From: an uncultured virus (IMG/VR IMGVR_UViG_3300035327_000120)
Lineage: Duplodnaviria > Heunggongvirae > Uroviricota > Caudoviricetes
Direction: 5' to 3' (one strand)
Length of the DNA: 64,000 nucleotides
IMG/VR virus record: IMGVR_UViG_3300035327_000120
Notes under the pieces: model-generated
Database searches by the model: none
Told to the model about the DNA's origin: nothing
The model's input: only the letters and a program-made list of their open reading frames with translations
Part shown: in pieces, positions 40,417 to 49,021 of the stretch
Position numbering within the stretch: the first letter of the stretch is position 1
Layout of the letters: each line of letters starts with the position of its first letter
Program-made: the position numbers and the translations under genes

Positions 40417-43210
40417 TTGGAATGTTTCTCAAACATGGCTAAAGTCGTACACGTTCATATTTTCACTCGCCCACGCGGAGAGGTCAAAGATTATTATTTC
40501 TCAAGCATTGCAGCAGTCTATACCGTATTGTCCGCAGAGGAAATCGGCGCAACGCTTAGTTACCTGCAACACGTAGGTCTTAGTGGTAATGGTTCTGTCG
40601 TCACAAAGAAAGCCATAATCAAGCAAGCGACCCTACACTCCAAACCGACACAAAAAAAGCGGAGCCGGTGATTAGCCGTTCCGCATTCAGTAGATTTTAT
40701 CAAAAGTTTGTATATCGGATAACTATTCCCGATAAGCACTTTCAGCACGAGCATCAGCGACGGCCTTTTCTGCGTCAGCCAAATTGTCGTACCAATCTGT
40801 GTATATATCCCTGTCTCTCGCAGAATACGAATGGCTTTTGGGGCATTTGGTAGTTTTCCGGGTCATTGTGATAGCAGCCGTAACACGTCCGTCATCGTGG
40901 AATGACGATGTTACGCAGTAGTAGGTCTTTTCCATCTTTCTTGGGTTGTAGATTACATCATTTATTTTCTTATGCTTTTATGCTTTTATGCGACAACTTT
41001 CTCCTTTGAAGGGCAAATCTTATCGTTGACTCGTTCAAGTATGAGCATCTTCTGCTCGTTTGTAATTTTAACAGCTTCATACTTGTCGCTTTCACGATTA
41101 AGGACGGAAATTTCAATTTTCACATCGGTTACACTTGCGCAGACCTCGTCTATCTCTATTCCACCGGAGGGAGGTGTCCAATAATCTCCGGGGTCGTAGT
41201 CATCGTGAAAGGATATATCAGCACAGTAACCTGCGGTGATGTAAATATCGCTATCTTCGGGATTTATACCCGGAAGTCCATCGAAGCAGATTTCTTCCAA
41301 CTCCGACTCTATGCACTGTGAGCCATGACTGTAACAGCGGCCATATTCATCCTCATAACATTCAAGGTTTGAATAATCTCCGTTGCACGGATTATCAATG
41401 ACATCTTCCATTTTGGAAACAATATCATCTATGATTGCCTGAACCTGTTCTTCTGTCAGTGTCATCTTCTTTCCAGTTAGATGAGAGTTGCAGCGTTGAA
41501 TGAACGAAATGCCTGCTTTTCCACGTCCCAAAAGCAGATGCAGTCTGCCGGGCGTTCCTTGTGGCTACCGTTGCCCGTCGGGTGGTAATTGATGTCGCAG
41601 AGAGTGCCGGAAGCATTACGGATCTCACCGTTGGCTTTTCGGAATGTGAAATGAGCCACGCCCACGAGCATTCGGGCATATATCTTGGCCGCTTTCCATG
41701 CCATACGCAAAGCCTCGCTGAAGCTGGCAGCTTGGGTGCGTTTTAGAATGGAGTGTGCAATGCGGAAGAGTTTCGATTTGTCTATCATCTTTGTTTCGTT
41801 TAGGTTTGAACTTATTTGCTTAAAAACTGGGGTCGATGTAATGTCTTTGATAATGAAGCATGAGCTTCACGCTGTCTTTTGTAGGATAGCCCTCCATGCA
41901 CCACTTACCATTTTTTCGTTTAGTGAACACGTCCGTATGGCCGGTTTCAAGTTCAGGCAGTATCTTATAGTCGCCAGCGTAGTAGTCGAGGCATTCTACC
42001 TCGTTGTGTGTTACCTCAATCTTAGTAGGAGAAATTATGCGCGTTACCGTGGCAGCACGTTTATCGCTCCAGTAACAGATTGTGCAGGGTAAACCAACCT
42101 CCGGCACAATCGCATAAATGGCTTTTAGTCGTCTGACATCATGTTCTTCTTTCCACTTGAGTTGCAATTTGTAGCGGGCGTTCTTCTGTTCTTGTGTGAA
42201 CGAAAGCCATTCCTCGCGGGTCAAGTCGTAGGGGTTCTTCTCGGCCTCAATAGCGGCCAGTGCATCGAAACTTTCTTTTGTTGTCATGGCAGGGAGTTAT
42301 GCGAGTTCAACACTTTTGAGCGACATTGAGCCATAAGGACAGGCATCGGCTATTGCTCTTGCTTTCTTGGTGGCAGAGGCAATCGTGCGCGCCTCGATTG
42401 TGTAGGTTCTGAGAGAGCAACCCAACTGGGGGTTGTAGCGATTGAATGTTGCGATGAATCTTTTCATCTTTATCAGGGTTTAACTTATTTGCTTATTCTT
42501 TGATGGTTATGCGCAGAAGAAATCTCGGTCGTACTCATTGCGATGTTCTTCAACATAGTCGCAAACTATGTCTATCGTTTTGCAGATGTCGGTTGGATAT
42601 GCCGACCATCTTTTTCGGGAGGAAATCTCCATTACTATTTCGGAGAGGATATCTTGTATTTCCTGATACTCGTAACTGAAATTGAGATACAGGTCGTAGC
42701 ATTTGTCGATATACTTCTTAGTATCGCCATTGGCAAGGAGGTAGAGTAGCTCACCTGCGATTTCTTGAGCGTTTATCATTGTTGGTATCTTTGTTTGAGT
42801 GTTAATTTGTTTTATTTTGATAGTACAAATCTACACAAAAATTATCTTATATGCAAGTTTAATCATCTGAAAATCTGCATATTACGCATTATTTAACTTT
42901 TGCTGATACCCTCTTTTTATCGAGATATGGAAGCAGGGAGAGCAGCCGGTCAACCGTCATACTCCGTTGGATTGGCCTCGGTACGTTCCACCATGAACGC
43001 AGAGCGCGACCACTTTCCGATGCCTGATGTTTGGCCGTAGCCATTGTTGAGTTGGTCGAGGCCGTAGTCATCAATAGCCCCCTTTGCCGCCATATCTTGC
43101 GTGTAAGCTCTTAAATCTTCGTTGGTGGTAAATACACCCCGGAGGGTCAGAGAACTTGTTGAGAGCCACGCATCACCCTCATACAGGAGTATAATTTCGT
43201 TGCCTTTCAT
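40417..43210. other. Accessory small CDS array (40417-40671 +; minus: 40723-40935, 40986-~41465, 41477-41788 SH3-fold/DUF2693-like, 41820-42287, 42297-42467, 42507-42779, 42950-43210)
   Basis: Short ORFs inserted inside the structural region; 41477-41788 has FTFRKANGEIRNASGTL...FWDVEKQAFRSF. Confidence 0.65.
42808..42903 (-). promoter_or_regulatory. Conserved phage promoter element copy 6
   Basis: tgttttattttgatagtacaaatctacacaaaaattatcttatatgcaag. Confidence 0.75.
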
Positions 43211-43265
43211 CTGTGTTAGGATATGGAATGAGGGCAGCCGAAGCCACCCTCACTCGATTGTTCGA

Positions 43266-44933
43266 TTATGCTACGTTTTCGCTGTCAGATTGGCGAGGGG
43301 CCTTTTCTGCCAATGCCTTTTCCAGTTCAGCAATTCGGGTTTCGTAATCACGGCATTTTGCCTCGTAGTCCTCGCAGAGTTGTCGGTCAATAGACTCAAC
43401 ATCTTCCTTGTTGCTGTTCTGGAGAGTGAGGTCGAGCAGGGAGGCAAAGGTCGTGGAGTAGCCGACACTTTTATCAGAGAGAAGCATTCTCATATACTCC
43501 CTGACAACGACATCCTTTTTGTCTGCCAGTTTCTCAATCAGAGTGCCGGCGCTCACCTCGATGTCTGCGTCCATGCCGAGGGTCTTGCGGAAATCGGCAG
43601 GGAGTCTGCTTGCAAGCAGGGCGATAAATACATTCTCTTCGGTGGCGTCAATCTTGCCGGCGCGCTGGGAGTATGGCGCATTTTCCATGAACGCACGCTG
43701 ACGTTCAACTCGCTCCATTTGCTTTTGCTCATCAATGGCCCGGAGTTCCATTTTAATTTGCGACAGCTTATGAACTTGGAGGTCATCTTCCATTTCCACG
43801 TTGCCGTTTTCGTCGGATTGGATATTGTAGAGGTACTTGACCTCGCCGGTGAGTATTCCTTTGTAGGCAATTTCATAGACCTTAATCACGAGGCCGGCGG
43901 CAATGTTCTCATCAAAGACGGAACGGACTCGCTCGTAGTTGGTGAGGCGCTTCTTGTATCGCTCCGGGTCAGAGAACGAGTCCTCCGAGGGAGCGACAGG
44001 CTCCACTAAATATTCACGCTTTCCGAGAGGTTGAGGATAGAGCAACATTGACTGCGCAGCCGAGGCAATCTCTTTGTTTTCGTCGGGAGTGCCAACATAG
44101 ACCAGTGGCAATCCGAGTTCTTTTGCTTGACGGAGAACAGCCTCGCGGTTCTTGGCTCTGAACAGCGCCACTTTCATGCACCGGGGATTGTCGGCGTCTT
44201 TGAAGCGGTTAGGATACTTGGCCGTATTGAACTTGCAGTTGGCACACGCCTTACAGGTTGTGAATGTTTCATCGGAGAGGTCGAAGCGGGCCGCAGAGAG
44301 CGCACCCATGACGTGTTCATCTATCCACTCGCGTAGCATTTCAAGTTTGAGAGTCTTGAACGTCCAACGCTCGATGTTGGCCGGTTGGAAGCACATTTGC
44401 ATCAACACCTGCTGCTGATCGTGAGTGAGCTTGCTTATCTCCAGTAGATGATTGAGGTTGAGAGTGCCGTCGCGCATGAGTTCTACAAATTCCGGCACGA
44501 TGTTGTTTAACTGTATGCGATTGGTTACGAAACTACCACTCTTGCCGAGCATTTTGGCAATTTCTTTGACTGACACCTTTGCTTCGGAGTAGAGGTATTT
44601 CAAAGCCGAGGCTTCTTCCATAGGGTCGATGTCTTTGCGTTGCAGGTTCTCGATTACCATACAGGCAAAAGCCTGTTTGTCGTCGAGTTCCTTGACAACA
44701 GCCTCGATAGTTTCACGGCCAAGAAGAACGTGAGCGCGGTAGCGGCATTCGCCACAGACAATCTCGTATTTTTCGCCGTTCTCACCCTTTTTCTTTCGGA
44801 GGGTGATAGCCTGAATAAGGCCGTTCTGCTCGATGCTTTGAGCCAGTTCCTTGATTGCGCCCTCATCAAAGGTCTTTCGGGGGTTTAGGGGACTTGTGGC
44901 AATTTCAGCCAACTTGATGTCTTTTACTTGCAT
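43266..44933 (-). CDS. ParB/RepB/Spo0J family protein
   Basis: NPRKTFDE...ELAQSI...GLIQAI...YEIVCGECRYRA...ENLQRKDIDPMEEA + HTH. Confidence 0.9.
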   Translation of the reverse strand: MQVKDIKLAEIATSPLNPRKTFDEGAIKELAQSIEQNGLIQAITLRKKKGENGEKYEIVCGECRYRAHVLLGRETIEAVVKELDDKQAFACMVIENLQRKDIDPMEEASALKYLYSEAKVSVKEIAKMLGKSGSFVTNRIQLNNIVPEFVELMRDGTLNLNHLLEISKLTHDQQQVLMQMCFQPANIERWTFKTLKLEMLREWIDEHVMGALSAARFDLSDETFTTCKACANCKFNTAKYPNRFKDADNPRCMKVALFRAKNREAVLRQAKELGLPLVYVGTPDENKEIASAAQSMLLYPQPLGKREYLVEPVAPSEDSFSDPERYKKRLTNYERVRSVFDENIAAGLVIKVYEIAYKGILTGEVKYLYNIQSDENGNVEMEDDLQVHKLSQIKMELRAIDEQKQMERVERQRAFMENAPYSQRAGKIDATEENVFIALLASRLPADFRKTLGMDADIEVSAGTLIEKLADKKDVVVREYMRMLLSDKSVGYSTTFASLLDLTLQNSNKEDVESIDRQLCEDYEAKCRDYETRIAELEKALAEKAPRQSDSENVA

Positions 44934-44958
44934 ATCTGTTTCGTTTTAATGTTTGAGA

Positions 44959-45588
44959 TTAGAGCCAGCCCATAGGTTCGGATTTCTTGACCTTGGGTCG
45001 GCAGATTTCGAGCGCATAGGTATTGATGAGATTGGCGTATGATACGGTGATAAGCTCACTGTCAATCCTTTCATCATCTATCCTTGACTCATCGTCCAGT
45101 TGGCAGGGCATGAGTAGCGTTGTGAGGTTTTCGCTCACGGCCACCACCGGGCGGCTCGCATCAGCGTTCAGGTAGAACGTCAGAGAGCCGAGTTCTGCGG
45201 TGAGGCTGAACAGATAGAGCATTCGGGAGAGGTAGCGAATGTTGAGGACGGTGCCGTTCAGCACAACTTGGTCATCGGGATTGTGGTCTGATTGCTTCGC
45301 CCACCATGAACAGGCAGCACGAAGTTGGCGGAAGTCTACCTTGAGGGGATTGATGAGTTTCTTAGGAATGATACGGTCAATGGCCGGATAGTTGCCCTTG
45401 ATTTTTTCTCCGTTGACGCTGACGGTCTGTCCGTCAAACTTTTCGCTACCATACTTGTAGACGGCGAGAATGTGAGTATCGGTGGCGTAGCACCGTTCTT
45501 TCTCGAAGTGTACGCCCATGAGAATTGGACGTATGTGGTCCTTGCTGACTATATAGTCATACATGGCCTTGATTACTTTCTTGTTCAT
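44959..45588 (-). CDS. Sliding-clamp (DnaN)-like domain protein
   Basis: RPILMGVHF...ATDTHIL...GNYPAIDRIIP...LLMP resembles beta-clamp central domain. Confidence 0.55.
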   Translation of the reverse strand: MNKKVIKAMYDYIVSKDHIRPILMGVHFEKERCYATDTHILAVYKYGSEKFDGQTVSVNGEKIKGNYPAIDRIIPKKLINPLKVDFRQLRAACSWWAKQSDHNPDDQVVLNGTVLNIRYLSRMLYLFSLTAELGSLTFYLNADASRPVVAVSENLTTLLMPCQLDDESRIDDERIDSELITVSYANLINTYALEICRPKVKKSEPMGWL

Positions 45589-45620
45589 CTTTATTTCAGG
45601 TTTAACTTATTTGCTTTGAA

Positions 45621-45902
45621 TTACTTTCCAGAGGTTATAATCATCTTGCCCTCAAAGAGCTGGTGGTAAGAGAGTATCGTTTCTCCCTTAATCAATTTGG
45701 TATTATCATCGTCAAGGTCGCCGTCAAAGGCCACAAAGCAGATTTCAAACGATTTGCCGGGAGTACGCATGGCATACTGCATTGCCTTTTCCATTAAGGT
45801 AGCCATATCGCCATAGTCTAAGTTTTGCTCTCCACGAAAGAGTGCAAAGTTGGCAAAGTTTTTCACCTCCATTTGGGGACTATTGACATTCTTGTTACTC
45901 AT
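45621..45902 (-). CDS. Hypothetical protein
   Basis: First ORF after promoter copy 7. Confidence 0.6.
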   Translation of the reverse strand: MSNKNVNSPQMEVKNFANFALFRGEQNLDYGDMATLMEKAMQYAMRTPGKSFEICFVAFDGDLDDDNTKLIKGETILSYHQLFEGKMIITSGK

Positions 45903-45920
45903 TGTCTTTCAGTGATTTAT

Positions 45921-46032
45921 TGTTTTATTTTGATAGTACAAAACTAATCAAAAATTATCTTTTGTGCAAGTTTTTAAGTAAATATTTTGGGCTTAAATGC
46001 TTGCAAATCTGATTTTTAACTTTTGCTCACAT
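45921..46032 (-). promoter_or_regulatory. Conserved phage promoter element copy 7
   Basis: Minus TAGTTTTG -7 box, AGATAATTT spacer, AAAAGTTAAAAAT box. Confidence 0.75.
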
Positions 46033-46151
46033 TGGCCACTGTCAGTGTTTTACAACAAAATCCTAAGCTCGACTCCGCAGACCTTTGGCTTTCGTTATCA
46101 TATAGACAAATTTTTAGTTGCTTAAACGTCTGATATGTCATAGGTTTTTAG

Positions 46152-46380
46152 TACCTTTGCAGTTGAAAACTAAAACGAAACTCTAATGTAGGATTTCTGT
46201 TTAGACTGACATATATTGCGTTAGCTTGTAACATCGTTCCTAAAATCGCCAACCTCAGAACGAAACACCATAGGCTACGAGTTGATGCTCATGCGAATAG
46301 CGTGGGCATGACTTTGTGCTTGGTGTAGCTGTTTGGCGATAGCTTGGAACGACACAAAGACTGCCCACGCCTTTTTCGTG
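46152..46380 (+). promoter_or_regulatory. Promoter (TACCTTTG) plus structured leader upstream of the DUF262 gene
   Basis: -7 box at 46152-46159; two overlapping sets of complementary segments 46234-46370 followed by a T-run. Confidence 0.55.
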
Positions 46381-46461
46381 TGATGAGAGTATAACAATCC
46401 TCCGGCAGATAGTTCAGGCAGTAGTTATGCCATTGACGGGAGTTCTGCCACTAAACAATAT

Positions 46462-48267
46462 ATGTCAGTATATTCAAACGACACCGACCTCAAAGATTTA
46501 CTCTATCAAATAGAGAACGGCAAAATCCAACTCCCGGACTTTCAAAGAGATTGGGTTTGGGATGACGACAAAATCTGCAAGCTGATTGAGAGTATTGCTT
46601 CGGGATTTCCTATGGGAGCAGCCATGTTCCTTGAAACCGGCAATCCTGCCGTCAGGTTCACTCATAGAACCTTCACAGGAGCGCCGAAGCACTCAGATGT
46701 CAACCCTGACCGCCTTGTACTTGACGGACAGCAACGACTGACAACTCTATTCCAAGTATTCAAGGGTAAAGGTGCTACTATCGTCAACGGAGCAAAGAGT
46801 AAGGAAAGGCGGTACTACTATCTCGATATTCGTAAGGCCCTCAATCCACATGGGAGTATGCTTGAGGCCGTGGAGTCAATGCCGGAGAACAAAATCCGCA
46901 CAGCGAATATTGGCAGGGAGATAAAACTTGACCTTTCTACGAGGGAGGCCGAGTATGCCAATATGAAATTTCCTCTCAATCTGGTATTCTCACAGACTGA
47001 CATTATGGATTGGATTTTCGGTCTGATGTCGTATGATGCAGCTTCGGTGCAGATAGCAAAAGAGTTTTGCGACAAAGTTCTTAATGGTATCATTACTTAT
47101 AAAATCCCGGTCATTACCCTCACCAAAGACACAAGCAAAGAGGCGGTCTGCCAAATCTTTGAGAATGTCAATACTGGAGGGGTCAAACTGACCGTCTTTG
47201 AACTCATCACAGCGTCATTCGCAGCAGATGAATATGATATTCGCAAGGACTGGGACGCAATAGTCTCAAAGTTCACGAGCCATTGCGATATTCTCCGGGC
47301 AGTAGGAAGCACGAATTTCCTAACGGCTATGGCATTGTTGACCTCATACAAGCGTTTCTGTACTGCCACTGATACCTATGTGGTGTCATGCAAGAAGCGT
47401 GATGTTCTGAAGATGTCGTTGTCGGATTACAAAGAATGTCGGAGCGCATTAGTCAACGGCTTTCTCAAAGCGGCCGATTTCTTGGTTCATCAGGGAGTTT
47501 ATACTTGGCTCGATCTGCCATATTCCTCACAGCTCATTCCATTAGCAGCCATATTCGCCTATGCCGATGTTGCCGGAGTCAATCTATCTATTCAGACAAA
47601 CAAGGACATTCTTAGCCGGTGGTACTGGTGTGGAGTGTTCGGAGAGCAATACGGAGCCGCAAACGAAACGAGGTATGTTCTCGATATTGTAGGTGTGTTC
47701 CAGCAGATAGCCGACGGCACATTGCCTGATACGGTGGCAAGAGCCAATATGCAGCCAGCACGATTACTGACTATGCAAACTCGAAATAGCGCAGCCTACA
47801 AGGGCGTAATGGCGTTGATACTGCAAGACTCCCCACTCGATTTTATGAGTGGCAACAAAATGAACGTGGCTACTTATTTGGAAGAAAGCACGGATATTCA
47901 TCATATCTTTCCGCAGAACTATTGTGCTGCTCGATACGACTCTCTCAAATGGAACTCCGTTGTCAACAAGACTCCAATCTACGCCGGTACAAATCGGTCA
48001 ATCGGAGGACGCGCCCCCAGCGAGTATATCCGCACGATGTTCAACAAAGGATTGAGTGAGGCTCAAATCCGAGAGGCTATAACCTCTCACAAAATATCAT
48101 ACGACCTATTGGCCGCAGATGATTTCGAGGGGTTCATTGTTGACAGAGCAACCCGATTACTTGACCGCATAGAACTAGCAACAGGTAAATCTATCGCTGG
48201 CCGTGATAGCGAAGAAACCGTCAAGTTCTTCGGCAGACCATTAACACATCAAAGCGTAGACCTATGA
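46462..48267 (+). CDS. DUF262 + HNH (GmrSD-like) putative restriction/defence protein
   Basis: QLPDFQRDWVW, VLDGQQRLTTL, IFENVNTGG, DIHHIFPQ...N...N. Confidence 0.85.
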   Translation: MSVYSNDTDLKDLLYQIENGKIQLPDFQRDWVWDDDKICKLIESIASGFPMGAAMFLETGNPAVRFTHRTFTGAPKHSDVNPDRLVLDGQQRLTTLFQVFKGKGATIVNGAKSKERRYYYLDIRKALNPHGSMLEAVESMPENKIRTANIGREIKLDLSTREAEYANMKFPLNLVFSQTDIMDWIFGLMSYDAASVQIAKEFCDKVLNGIITYKIPVITLTKDTSKEAVCQIFENVNTGGVKLTVFELITASFAADEYDIRKDWDAIVSKFTSHCDILRAVGSTNFLTAMALLTSYKRFCTATDTYVVSCKKRDVLKMSLSDYKECRSALVNGFLKAADFLVHQGVYTWLDLPYSSQLIPLAAIFAYADVAGVNLSIQTNKDILSRWYWCGVFGEQYGAANETRYVLDIVGVFQQIADGTLPDTVARANMQPARLLTMQTRNSAAYKGVMALILQDSPLDFMSGNKMNVATYLEESTDIHHIFPQNYCAARYDSLKWNSVVNKTPIYAGTNRSIGGRAPSEYIRTMFNKGLSEAQIREAITSHKISYDLLAADDFEGFIVDRATRLLDRIELATGKSIAGRDSEETVKFFGRPLTHQSVDL

Positions 48268-48779
48268 AAAAACTTTCATTTCTTTTCTACATTCTCTCTC
48301 TTGTTATCGTGTCATGTGGGAGCGATAATGAGCCAGCGACAATCGTCGACCAACATAATCAGATATTCAATTCGTTCATGTCTGAACAAAATGTCATCAA
48401 TCAAATTCCGGCAACATTGGCAACCGGCATTGATGCTCCATTCTACCTTATCGACTCCCAGCGGCAAATCTACATGAAAGTTATTAGCGACAATGGAGTT
48501 AAACTTACAGAGCGTCAGGAGTGTTATTTCCGTCATTCGACATACAGACTGGTGCAATCTGAAAATGGCGTAAAGCCGGTACTTTCATCTACGAATGAGA
48601 ATGAAATGGGAGAGCAACCCGGAGAACTTTCATATACGACACTCTCTGATATTCCTACCTTATTACCATTGCGTTATGTAGGAAACTGTAGCGAGATATA
48701 TTTGGCTATTAGGCAAATTTCAGATAAATCCGATGCTCCGATGTTAATGCACATCAGATACTTTCCAAAGGGCCTTTAA
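48264..48779 (+). CDS. Lipoprotein
   Basis: MKKLSFLFYILSLVIVSC lipobox; ATGA overlap with upstream gene. Confidence 0.75.
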   Translation: MKKLSFLFYILSLVIVSCGSDNEPATIVDQHNQIFNSFMSEQNVINQIPATLATGIDAPFYLIDSQRQIYMKVISDNGVKLTERQECYFRHSTYRLVQSENGVKPVLSSTNENEMGEQPGELSYTTLSDIPTLLPLRYVGNCSEIYLAIRQISDKSDAPMLMHIRYFPKGL

Positions 48780-49021
48780 TCATCGAGGTTCAACTTTTTC
48801 TTCATGCGATTTATTATCTTGTAGATGCCTCGTTCAGACATACAGTATTTGTCGCCAAGATACACCGTGATATAGCCGACCTTATGGCCTTCCTTTCTCA
48901 TCTTCTCAAATTTAGAGTAGATTTCAAGGTAGGCCACATCGGCAACGTTTATCTTGTTGTCTGCAATTAAGCGCAGCAGACTTTCATTCGCGCGTAGCAA
49001 CTGGTATGTGGTCATGTTCAA
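48776..49021 (-). CDS. Small HTH-like protein
   Basis: LGDKYCMSERGIYKIINRM. Confidence 0.55.
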   Translation of the reverse strand: MNMTTYQLLRANESLLRLIADNKINVADVAYLEIYSKFEKMRKEGHKVGYITVYLGDKYCMSERGIYKIINRMKKKLNLDD

